This document shows positions 51,251-63,254 of a stretch of DNA of 64,000 nucleotides, piece by piece; position 1 is the first letter of the stretch, and the number at the start of each line of letters is the position of its first letter. The DNA lies in NCBI GenBank assembly GCA_023213395.1, contig CM041465.1:168585741-168649740 (forward strand), written 5' to 3'. The notes beneath the pieces are model-generated. The model was not told where the DNA came from and ran no database searches. It saw nothing but the letters and a program-made list of their open reading frames with translations. The translations under genes and the position numbers were made by a program. This stretch comes from Cycas panzhihuaensis. Its lineage: Eukaryota > Plantae > Cycadophyta.

Positions 51251-51288
51251 TGAAAAATTTATTAATAGGATCAAAATATTAATGTACA

Positions 51289-53599
51289 TGTTTCACTAAC
51301 AACTGGTCTCTTGTTTATTGTTATAATTTTTAACACATCTTTGTATAATTTCATGAGTAAAATAAAAGGTAGACTTGGTTTTATATTGTATTAGACCATG
51401 TTTTGATGAATTAATATATTGATTTACTTAATGATGTATGATGAATGATGTTGTATTATATGATTATATTATCACCTACTGATGACCGATACTTATAGGG
51501 TTAAATTTTTCTTTCACAATCATTTTAATTTGACTCTTCCTTTAAAACCTTTTCTTTTTCATTTTTTATCTTGATTTCACCTATACTTTGTTATTTTTTA
51601 TCATTTTTAGGCTTATGCTTATCATTTTTATTATATCTTGGGCCTCTTTTCTTATTAATAAAGTTATTTATGCCTAAACTTATAATAAAAATTTATTTTT
51701 TGACTTTTAATGAGTCATTTTTCATCTCCTCACTTATCACATTTTTTGTACTACTAAAAACATAACTAGTCACATTTTTAGAGTAAAGTCACATTTTTGG
51801 TAGGTCCAAAAATATCATTGGTTATGTTTTTTACTATTGTATATATAAAACTAAGTCAATGCACCAAATTTTTACATGTTACCAACCTGATTTTATGAAA
51901 ACTTATCTTTTGAATGCTCAAAAGGAACCTTAAGTGTATTGTTATTTATCATTAGGAATTAGAGAGTCAAGATATCATGTTTTAGTAGCTTTCTTGGAGA
52001 TTTTTAGAGACTTTTTAAAGATTTCTACTATTGCGACTTGGAGAATTACTTATGGTAATGCTTATGGGTTAAATCAAGAGGAGATTTTGATGTTGTGATT
52101 TGTTGTTCTATTAATATTCAAATTTTGATGGTTTTCTCTTCAAGTTTCATGATTTTTCTTATCATTTTTAACCTCAAAACTCCTTTCTACCAATAAGATC
52201 TTTCCTATTCAAAATTCTTGTGATTTCATTGCGTATTAGAGATTGCCTTTTACTCAGAGTTTGCTCTTTCTTTCTACTAGTTTTTATGGTAATCTTATAC
52301 TTATTTTTGGCTTAGAATCTTGGCTGAAAGATTAGCCCTTTATGGAGTTAAAAAGGAGATAAGCTAGGGGTGAAGCATAGTCATCTCTTTACTATCTAAT
52401 TAGTTATCTCTTCCTATTCTTCCATAGCAATCCAAATTCCATGTGGTTTGTGGCCCTTTTAGCTTGTGTTTGGTTGTGGTTTAGTCTTTGGTGCTTGTTG
52501 TCTTTCTTCCTTTGCTAGTTTTAAGGGAAGAGTTTAGAGAAATTTAATCAAGTAAATAAAAAGAGTTATTCTGAGGTAGGATTTTGAAATAGGAAAGAAG
52601 TCTTGGTTTTAATTCTTACATGATTTCACTCTCTAATATGTTTTCTTCCTTGAAAAAAAAAATTTGAATTAGTGGATGATATATATGTAATTTTTTACAT
52701 CATTAGAGGTTTGAGGATCCCTTTAAAGCCCATTTTACTCTAATTATGATAGAATCTCTAAGTTGTTTGGCTTGTTACTTATATAAGGATTGTGATTAGA
52801 GTATGATTGGTTATATGCAATGATAATGGTCTAAAAATTCTTTTAAAACAATAGTACGTCTTTAAAATTTCTCTTTTTATTATAGAATAATTATTTAAAG
52901 GAAAGATAGCATGCATTTGAGATAAAAAACTTGTAATTGACATTACATGTTATTAGACTTCTTGAAATTTTGCATAAATAATTGTATGTTATGTTGCATG
53001 TCATACTAGTGTTCTTATTTCCTTGGTATAGTGTGTGTTACATATAAAGAAAATAGTTTCATAGTCATTTTAGTATGCTTCATCTTTTGGATTATATATA
53101 TATAGTACATGCATAACTAGTTTTCTTTACTTGTTTGTTGAAGGTAGAATAGGTCTTGTAGTTTTATTAATTACCTTTGTATTTCATTTCATCTTGTTAA
53201 AAAACATAAACCAAAAAAAAGGAAAACAAACCCTTTTTCATTACCTATCCCCTCCCCTTTATTCAAGTAAAACTCCAAAGGTTGAAAGAATCAAAGGATA
53301 AGAGTCCCTAGGAAGAACATAAGGAACATTATCAAAGTAGTTCTAAACTCAGAACTCCTTTACCTGCTTATGTAGGCTAGTGGATTAAATCACCCTTGTA
53401 TATCCTAGCCTTTTTTTGTTTCATCTAGTTAGATCCTTTTCAAACTACACAACTAGGTGGAGATTCCTCCTTAGGAGTTAGATAAAAGTGGTCACTTAGG
53501 GCCTCTTATACTTTGTATCTCCTAGACTTAATTTGAAATGAAAAAAACACCCCATTAATTTAAAGATATCTAGTTTAGGTCCACTAGAAATATACCATA
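51289..53599 (+). repeat. Putative 5' LTR of Tat2 (~2.3 kb)
   Basis: Runs from the TG at the copia B breakpoint to CCATA just before the PBS; partner LTR not in the window. Confidence 0.6.
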
Positions 53600-53603
53600 T
53601 TTC

Positions 53604-53621
53604 TAGTGACTATATTGGAAA
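53604..53621 (+). promoter_or_regulatory. Decayed PBS of Tat2
   Basis: TAGTGACTATATTGGAAA differs from the Tat1/Tat2 consensus TGGCGACCGTACTGGGGA only by C>T and G>A changes. Confidence 0.6.
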
Positions 53622-53699
53622 AATACCATTTATTCTCTTATTAAAGCAATGAAAAATATAATTCATACTCCTAGGTAATCTGTGAGGCTTCAAGGCCTC

Positions 53700-56600
53700 T
53701 TGTCAGTTTAATCGAGAAATTTTATCATCTTATGTTGAATCTTCAGAACTTCACACTCGTGACACTTATGTTTATCCTCCTAAACATTCAACTTAGCTAT
53801 ATAAGATATCTGTGGAGCAAGGATATCTTGAACCCTCTTATTATCATGGTGATCCTTCTTTTGTAGATCCTTCTTTTACATAAGAAGAACCACCTCCTAT
53901 TTAAGCACACTCATTATACTTTGAGTTGGTTTTCACTAGGATTCCTACTCCACTTTACATGCGTAGTTATTAAGATCCATTTTATCTAGAGACTCATACC
54001 ATGATATCCTCACCACAACATCATCAATTTGATCCTTTGTGTAAGGAATATGAGCCAATTCAAGTTGAGTCTTCAATTGCCCCTGATGTCATTTAATCTC
54101 CCTGTCCTTCACACCTTCCTTCACTAAGACCTTTGTCAAGACCTTACTCTCCTCTTTTAGAGGAGGTGGAAGATCATAAGTCAACCTATTCATAACCTCA
54201 TCACTCTCCTTCTAGGCTACAAGTTCAGATTCATTCTCCTCATACCATACCTTCTACATATGAAGGCACCTCTACTATTCATATCCATAGCGACCCTAAT
54301 TCCTCTCATGTGCCTACTTCCAATTAAGTTGTTTTACCTTCACCAAGCCTATGACCTATCCATTCCTATACCACTAGGGTCCTCCTCTCATCCTATATCA
54401 TCCATGACTTAATTACCACTTTATACATCACATACAGTTTTTCCATAGGGCATTAGACCTCGTGCACATTCTCCTAAAGTGTCTAATATGGCCCCTTCTT
54501 CTTAACATATTTCCTATACTTATTCTGTCTATCCTTATACTCTAATTAGTTAATCTCAAGCCTTAAGATTTCCTAACCCTATTTCTTCCTCACATATTCC
54601 TAGACCTACTTCACAACTAGCTCATTTTCTTATGTTTAATCTAGTCTTTCTATAGCATCATATGCTTGAAACCAATCCTATGGTTAACCTTGTAGCTTGG
54701 TTTAATCCCCCGTCTACTTTCCCATCTTATACCATTTCCCAATAACAATTACAACAACCTATTCCTTCAACTGTTATGTATCCATAATCCTTGCCTCAAC
54801 ATCCTACTACATTAAGGCCAAGGAGACCTTTCCTTGATTACATGAAACCTTTATGTTCATGTGAGACACTTTTATCTCATATTCCTCCTTTCCTTCTTGA
54901 GTTACCTAAATTTTTTGATGACACTTCTTAGGATCTCACTTCTCATATACAGGCATTTGTACTTGCTTATGTATATTTTATATTATATAATTACATCATG
55001 ATATTCTTGTTCCCTAAATTACTTCAAGATGATGCATTGAAGTGGTTTTATCAACTTTTTTTAGATTCTATCATTTCGTTCCAATAATTAGTTGATTCTT
55101 TTCTCAACTATTTTGATGTAGTAAGACCATTCGAATTAGGCATCAAGTCCCTTTTATCCATCAAACAAAACCATGATGAGACCTCAAGAGACTTTGTGAG
55201 GAGATTTCAAGACTAGGTACATGCTTGCCATTCATGTCTTGATCCTAGTCTATTATTCGATCGTTTTACTAATGCTTTGAAGCCACATGTACACCTTCAA
55301 GTCCTAAAGCTTGGCCATCAAACTTATGAAGAAGCTATTAATCGTTGCTTAGCTTTGAAAACATTCAAGAGTTAAGCAAGTATCAAGAAGGTTGAAAAAC
55401 CTATTTCCTCTAAAGAAATAGTTCAAACAATGAAGGCTTCCCATTCCAAACCTATCTATGATCACCTAATTTCTACTATCAAATCATTGAAGCATGTGAT
55501 CAACACTAAGTTGTATGTTGATAGTCCTTCTTAGAGCTAGCCCTTGCATGAGACTAAATTGATCTATCTTACTAATGGAAGAAAGAAATAAGCTCCTCCT
55601 CCTCCCTTCATAAAGAAAAAATGGTGTTTATATCATCAAATAGACACTCATGATAGAAGTGAGTATCTGACCATTCAAAATACTATTTAAAATATGAATG
55701 TCTAATCAAACTGCTCCTCTAAGTCATCCCAAGATCAAATGATCCATAAGGATTCTTTTCATCAACATAATAAGAAAGTAAATAAAGATGATAAAGGTAA
55801 GGAAAAGTAAGCCTAAGATGATGAAGGTGAACCTTTGAGTTCTAATTCATTGAAGAAGACAACCACTCCTCCAAATCTTTCAACAAAATAAACTAGCAAT
55901 TAATCTTGCCCACCTTCTAAAAGTGGTGACACCTAGAGAATGATAAAAATTATGGAGATAACAAAGAGTGTAGGTCCATCTAAATCACCTAATGTTTTGA
56001 TGGTGAGGAATCCTAACTCTTTACCTCTAGTACCTCCATATCCCATCAAGTTTAGGTCCATTCCCTCTAATATAAAGGATGGATCATTCTCTTTATTGAG
56101 GAGTTAAAGACTATTCTAACAGGTATTTTAGTTATTGATTTGTTGAAGTATTACCCTAAGCAATGTTATCTCTTATTTGATGCATTGGGAGTTCTTGTCA
56201 TAGTCTTTTCATCTACTTCCATACTTTCTCTTGACCTGGTTACCTTGTCTAGTCATTCTACTCACGTGCCAAATGATATACCTCTATTCTATATTGAGAT
56301 TATAAAGGATAATATTAATATTAAGTGAGTTATTATTGATAAGGGATCATTTGTTAACATAATCCCTCTTCACCTTATAGAGGATTTAGAGATCTCAGTT
56401 ATTGATCCATATGAGTGGATTTGCTAGGGATACAACAAGAATTAGAAAGTACCTCTAGGTCAAGTCACTCTCCCTCTTAAACTAGAAGAAAAGATAGTTC
56501 TCACTAAGTTAACTATCATTGATCTTGACTTGGAGTGTAATATTCTATTGGGTAGACTATGGATTACCCAAATATCAGTGGTTTATTCCTCCCTCATTGG

Positions 56601-59600
56601 CTGAACTTAGGTTTATCCATGAGGGACAATTAAAAATTCTGAAGCAAAAACTGAAACCCATCAAACAGTCAGTCTCTCATATTGAGATATTCTTTGAACC
56701 TAGTGAATCATCGAACTCTTTAGAGTACTTCTTTCAATCACTTGGCCTATATGAATACTTTACCATTGAATCTCCTTCTACTCATTAAGAAGTAAAGGAT
56801 ATGGATTTGGTTGAGATTATTCCTTTGTCATTAGGTTCCTCATCCATTCCTTATACTTTAGGTCTAATTGATCAGTCTTTAATTTCCTTTTCTTCTCATA
56901 ACAAAGAAGTAACTTCTCATTCTATCATATCTTATGGAGAATTGTCTGTGAGTAGAACTATCAGTATGGATAATTCAATTCCCATTGAGACCCACTTTTC
57001 ATACATTTTATATTTTCCCTCGATGGAAAATAGTTTGGTTCCTTCCTTTACTAATCTTTCATCAAATACTTATTTGACTTTTGTTACACATGATTTGTAT
57101 GTTGATGCTCCATAACTCTTCTCTCAATTTTCTTTCTTTACTATGTGGTTTAATAGATATGAGAAGAAGATGTTGTTGCATCAACATCTAGGCTTAGAAT
57201 AAGGTAGCGAGAGTATCAATTCACATAGTACACTACAAGGTAATCAAACATCCTCTATTAGAGTAAGGGAAGAAAACTTAGTGTCCACTATTTCTTTTCA
57301 TTCTTATTCTCTTGTGGATCTTTTCCCATCCTCTCTCATCATATTGTCTTTATTTGATCAAGAATTTCATTTGCATCATCAAGAATTTAATCAATATTTT
57401 ACTTTGACTTAGAAGTTCATTAATAGGTCTATTTATTTTTCTCATGTTTCTTTAATTATTGAGTTTATTCCTACTTGTCCAAACTCTTTGGTTGATTCCC
57501 CTTCATGTTTTAGGTCTTTCATTTGATCTACTAATTTACCTAGAAATATCCTCCTTGTCAATCTCTTCCACTTAGGTTATTTTGAGAATGATGAGGTAAT
57601 TTTAGAGCATCTAGTAGGTTCATTTCCTAGGCTTCCTGATGGGCATCATAGGTTGGGTTTTTCAAAAGTAATACAATATCATGCACCACTAATTAATGGT
57701 TCCTAACCCCAGGAGTCAATTTCCTTAATAGAGTCTAATCCTCCTCACTTTGAAGAGGGAAATGCAATGCTTATGGACTAGATTATTAATGTAGACCTAG
57801 AGATGGAGGATACCCCTAAAGTTATCAAATTAGGAGCTAGTTGTACTCCTTAAGAGATCATTTAGTTTAAGGATCTCTTTTGTGAATTTTACTTGGTTTT
57901 TGTTTGGGATTATAAAGATATGTATGACCTTGATCCCCAAGTCATCGAGTACAGTATTATAGTAACTTTTGGTATTAAACCAAAATAGAAAAAATAATGT
58001 CCTATTCATCTATATCTCTCCATTACTATTAAACAAGAAGTAGAGAAGTTGTTAGGGGTTGGATTCATTAAGAGTCTTGATTATTCTCAATGAGTCTCTA
58101 ACATAGTTCCTGTGGTAAAGAAAAATAGCTCAATTCAAATTTATATCAATTTTTGAGATATTAACAAAGCATGCCCTAAAGATAATTTTCCTCTCCCTTT
58201 TCTTGATCAGATTTGGGACCAAACAACTAGTTTTGAGGTGATGTCTCTTATGGATGGTTTTTTAGGTTGTAATCAGATCTCTATCTCACCTTGTGGTCAT
58301 CACAAAACTGCTTTCACTACTCCTTGGGGAATTTTTATTTATAAAGTCATGCCTTTTGCATTAAAGAATGCTAGTACAATATATCAAAGAGCCATGGTTT
58401 ATATTTTTCATAATTTAATTGGTAATATCATTACTGCATATTTAGATGATATGCCTGCTCTTCCTCATAGAAGATATGATCATCTGTGTGACCTTAGAAC
58501 AATCTTTAAAAGGTGTAAGAAGTATTACTTATGCCTAAATTTGTCTAAATATGTTTTTGCTATGAAGTCAAGAAGAATTCTAGGAAACATTTTTTCCTAT
58601 GATGGGATTAGAATTAATCCTGATAAGATGAAAGCAGTTGTTAATATGCCTCCTCCCAAGAGCCAAAAGTAAATTAAATCTTTTCTAGGTAGGCTTGGTT
58701 TCTTTAGGTGTTTTATTACTAATTTTGCTTTAGATGCAAAGCCTATCATAAATCTTTTAAAGAAAGATGTTGAGTTATGATGGACTCCTCAAGTTCAAGA
58801 GTCCTTCAATAAGCTAAAGTAAGCCTTAGTTCTAGCACTTGTCCTTGTCTCGCTAAGGTTCAATAAACCATTCATTCTATATACTTTAGCTACAAAGGAA
58901 TCATTAGTAGGAATGTTGGTACAAGAGGATGGATTTGATAAAGAATGAGCTATTTATTTCATTAGTATAATTGTGATGGTTGCTAAACTTCATTGTCTTT
59001 TTCCTAAAAAAGAGTATCTTGTTATAATCTTTTCTACTAAGAAGTTATACCACTACCTCCTTGGGAATAGGGTCCACCTCATTATTCAATAAAATCCTAT
59101 AAGATACTTTCTTACTAAATCTAATCTCATCAGATGATTAAGTAAGTGGTCGTTATTGCTTTAAGAGTTTGATTTATAAGTGGTCAATAGAAAATCTAAG
59201 AAAGTCATGATTATCTTAAAGATCATGGCTGATGCTCATCTTCCTAATCTTGCCAAGTAACCTATTGATGATTCTCTTCTAGATGAGCATGCCCTCCATA
59301 TCTAGGTCATCCCTTTTAGTGATCCATAGTATAGAGAGATAAGGTCATATCTTCATGATCAATCTTTCCCTCCTCTTTCTACCTTGAAGAAGAGAAGATG
59401 AATTTGGATTACTGTTAGGCAATACCTTTTGCTTGATGATATACTCTATAAATGTTCTTTTGATGGGATCTTGTTAAAATGGCTTTCTTCTAATGAAATA
59501 CTAGTTGCCTTAATAGAGTCCTATGAAGGAATGTATAGTAGATATTTTGGTGGTCGATTAATAGCCCAATGCATTCTTTGTATGGGTTATTATTGGCCTA

Positions 59601-60569
59601 CCTTGTTTAAATATGCTCATTCTTATATCCAAAAATATCAAAAATGTCAATCTCATGCAACCTTGATATATAAGCCTACACAAGAAATAAAGTTGATAAT
59701 TTCACCTTAGGCTTTTTCCCAATGGGGTTTCAATCTCATTGGTTAGATCTTTCTAACATCATCCAATGGGCATAAGTTCATAATAACTACAACTAAATAC
59801 TTTACAAAATAAAGTGAAGTTATCCCATTAGTTACTGCTATTGGAAAGATTATTACCATATTTATCTTTTAGCATATAATTTGTTAATTTAGAGTGTCAA
59901 ACGTTATTATTATTGATAATGGGACTTCATTTTGTAATCCCCATGTCAATGATCTATGTAATAAATTCCATATCACTTATAGACTATCAGCCCCTTATCA
60001 CCATCAGGTGAATGGTTGGGTTGAAGCTTTTAACAAAATCTTAGCTAAAATTTTAGCTAAGACAATTATTATATCTCATAGAGATTGGCATGCTCAATTA
60101 TTTCCAACATTATGTGCTTATGGAACCTCCATTAGAAATTCCACAGGCATGATTCCATTTTCTCTCATTTATGGTGTTGAGGTCATTCTCCCATTAGAGG
60201 TTGAGATTCCCTCTTCACATGTCTCATTGAAGGAATTTACTGATGAAGAGTTCCAAAGAGAAGCACATCTCTTGGAACTAGAAAATCTATATGAGACTCA
60301 TTTACAAGCTTTACAAAATAATATGCCCTCTAAGGCTAGAGTTTAGATTGCTCATGATAGGTAGCATAGACCTAAGAGGTCCACTATTAGTGATAAAGTG
60401 TTAAAATTAGAGTATTTATATGATAAACTATGTAAGTTTTTCTCAAATAGATTGGTCCTTTCTAATAATTAAAGATTTAAATAATGGGACTTATAAAATT
60501 TCAACAATGGAAGATCTAGAATTTAGAAAACCTGTCAATTCTCAGTATCTAAGGAAGTTCTATGCCTAG
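53700..60569 (+). pseudogene. gag-pol: Tat2 gag-pol (start approximate)
   Basis: PKFF...QDDALKWFYQL (gag), KWCLYHQIDTHDRSEY (knuckle), IIDKGSFVNIIPL (PR), SLMDGFLGCNQI...VMPFALKNA...YLDDM (RT), IIIDNGTSF...QVNGWVEAFNK (INT), end YLRKFYA*. Confidence 0.9.
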
Positions 60570-61557
60570 CAACACTCATCCTTACCTCGATAATAAAGAT
60601 AAACTATGGCCCTGAATCTTTCTCCTTACATAATGAGCTAAAACTATGGGTAATTTCTTTTCTTTGGTCTATTCTTGTCTTTTCTATAGTTATATTTTGC
60701 TTTCATTAAAGGTCCTACTCATGATTATATAAGTCTTTTGCTCTTTCTAGCATTTGCATTGATTGTGAGTGCTCTCTTATGATATTTTTATGTTCTTATG
60801 TTTTGAGTTATGTATTGAAGGGAGAATTTAGGCCCTTAACTTTATCACGTTTTTGTCTTTGGAAGAGGGATATTTTTGTCATCTTTAAATATTTTATCAT
60901 TGGTTGAGAATATACTTTCATTTGCTAGTACTTCACCTTGAGGATTCCTTCTTGGTTATATATCACCTACTATTTTCTTTTAATTGCTTTTGTTATCCTT
61001 GGTTTATTATATCTATCTTTTGAAGTATATACTTATTCTACCATCTTCTTTTTACATTTAGAGACACTATGATTTTGATCTCCTAAGGAGATTAGTCTCT
61101 TACATCTTAGATTCTATTAAAAATGATAAATCCTTATTGAATAAAAAAGTTTCATAATTAGATAATTATAATTCCCTTCTTGTAAAAAAAATAAAGAGTG
61201 AAAGTGCAAGCAACAAAAAAAAAAGAGTAAAGAAAGAAAAGAAAAGTAAAAACAAAAAAAGTAAAAGAAAGTATATCATTATCATCCCCTTATAATTTAG
61301 GGTAAGTCGCATGATAGTTTCATCCTTACTTATCCATCTATAGGTCAGGTTCATTTGGATGAATCATTTAGGATTTTTGGGTCTAGTTACTTGGGTGACA
61401 CATTTTGTTAGTATTGACCATCAGCATCCTAATTATGAATTTTCTTTTCTTCACCATAGTCATAATTAATTTCATTAATTACCATCTCCTTATCGACTAA
61501 TTCCCATACTTTCCTTTATTGATCATATTGTCTCTAAATTTTGGTCATATTTTTCCC

Positions 61558-61959
61558 ATAGCATTGAGTATATTCACTGATGGAGGTAGTAGAGGTAACC
61601 TAAGACTATCTGCTTTTGCTTGGGTGATTTATGACCAATTAGGAAATCCTCTCCTCTCTACTTGATCTTTTATAATTAGGGCAACTAATTATGAAGCCAA
61701 GTATTTTGCTATTATAAGAGCCTTATCTAATATTTCTCACATTTACTTTAGACCCATTATTATATATTCTGACTCTCAAGTTGTAGTCTATTAGTTAGTT
61801 GGAATGTGTAAAATGCACTCACCATGACTCCTCTTTTATCATCAAGCTTCATTATTGTTATCATTATTTTTATCAGTTACCATCTAGTATATCCCTTATT
61901 CTCTTAATGTTGAGTCTGACACTCTTATTTCCTCTATATTAGATGATGACTTTCGTTGA
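61558..61959 (+). pseudogene. Stand-alone archaeal-type RNase H (aRH) of Tat2 (start codon decayed from ATG to ATA)
   Basis: (M)ALSIFTDGGSRGNLRLSAFAWVIYD...ATNYEAKY...YSDSQVVVY*L...YIPYSLNVESDTL. One frame, 134 codons including the terminal stop, ~1 kb after the pol stop. Not in the ORF track. Confidence 0.9.
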
Positions 61960-62038
61960 CTTTTACCTTTATAGTTAAGGGCACTTCACTCTAGAATAAG
62001 TATAAACTACCACTTTGAAATGAGTATAAACTTCCACT

Positions 62039-62558
62039 TGTAGGAAAATAGATGCAGGCCCAAATAACGCTGATACCAAATGAAGAAGCTAAACCAAGCT
62101 CTGATACCAGATGAAGGAGATAAACCAAGCTCTGATACCAAATATAGATGTATATCAAATAGATCTAATACTAGATGAAGGAAAATAAAAGATGGAGAAA
62201 AGGGTAGAACATAAACATATAATCAATACATTGTTGCATAAACAAAAAATCTTTTGTATTCAATCCATTGTTGAAAGAGAGAATTACAAATGTCTAAAAG
62301 TAGGCGGTGTCTAAAGATACTAGGGTGGTTGCATACCCCTCCAAATATATAGTTTGAGGGAGGAGGGAAACTCCTCAACCCCTAAAATTCAAATAACAAT
62401 ATAATATAACTTAACTTAACTCAAATTAAATCAAATCAACTTAATCTTACCTTCGACTTACCTACACATATGAGCACCCACATATATAAATTGGTGAGAG
62501 TGAGGTGTGCACTCCTAGTTGGAAGGTAGGAGTGGGGTGATGATCATTGACTCCAATA
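62039..62558 (-). repeat. 3' LTR of the gag-only element
   Basis: Bounded by the PPT on the right and by the break in Tat2 sequence (CCACT|TGTAGG) on the left. Confidence 0.7.
62067..62173 (-). repeat. Tandem array of four tRNA-iMet PBS-like 12-mers
   Basis: TGGTATCAGAGC-type copies at 62067-62078, 62098-62109 (perfect), 62129-62140 (perfect) and 62162-62173; periods 31, 31 and 33 nt. Confidence 0.9.
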
Positions 62559-62599
62559 ATCTCCTCCTTAATGGTCATCATCAACAATGTCTTCTCTAT

Positions 62600-63254
62600 A
62601 AATTTGTGAAATTTATACTAAGATTTATCTTTTTGCTTGATCATTATCAACTCTTCTCAACCTTTTAGCAACGTGTGTCCTTTTACCATTGAGTAATGTA
62701 AAAAATCTGTAAGTAAATGTAGCTTGATTCAAATGTGGAGGTGTGGTTGCAACTTTGACTTTATCTTCTAGAACTTTAACTTTGTTTTCTAAAGTCTATA
62801 AGTTGTGAGCGACTGTCATATTATCATATTTCTCCCCCTCAAATGGAGGATCAGGTTCTTATCTAACAAGATGATCATGCATTTGACTTGAATCTTCCTT
62901 GGTCTTTTCATTACAATCCACTTATTCTGGTACCTGTCTCACATGCTCAACAATATCAATATTAAATTCATTGAGGGTATCTCCCCCATAAGTAGAAATT
63001 AATATGTTCTATACAGATTTGGAAGTTGTTAGTTCACAAACTTTAGAAAACACATTATCATCTATAGTGCAAAATAGTATCCCTAAGGCTTCATTATCCT
63101 TTTTAAAGTTTTATTTAATACTAAGATCATATTCATCTTATAAATATTTCTAAAGATCATTTGTAATAAAATAATTTTACATTGTTTGATGCTATAGTGA
63201 AAAATTATGGCCATCAAATATAAGAAATTATACTTTATTAAGATTGATTCTCAT
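62600..63254 (-). pseudogene. gag: Truncated copia gag with an acidic / coiled-coil tail
   Basis: MRINLNKV*FLIFDGHNFSL*HQTM*NYFITNDL*KY...DNEALGILFCTIDDNVFSKVCELTTSKSV*NILISTYG, then ...L*TLENKVKVLEDKVK. Confidence 0.7.

Larger units (their letters stand above)
44471..51288 (-). mobile_element. Ty1/copia element B, nested in Tat0 gag; its 5' LTR is interrupted by Tat2
   Basis: 3' LTR 44471-44883, PPT complement CCCTCCCTT (44884-44892), PBS complement GCTCTGATACCA (51239-51250), and the first 38 bp of the second LTR (51251-51288) matching 44471-44508. Confidence 0.9.
51289..62038 (+). mobile_element. Tat-clade Ty3/gypsy element Tat2, nested in the copia B 5' LTR; 3' end interrupted at 62039
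   Basis: Starts TGTTTC like Tat1. Decayed tRNA-Arg-like PBS, gag-PR-RT-RH-INT homologous to Tat1, and a downstream aRH. Confidence 0.88.

Noticed and set aside
62067-62173. CRISPR-like repeat/spacer appearance
   Set aside because: The repeats are 12-nt tRNA-iMet PBS sequences, the spacers resemble each other, there are no cas genes, and the context is a eukaryotic LTR.
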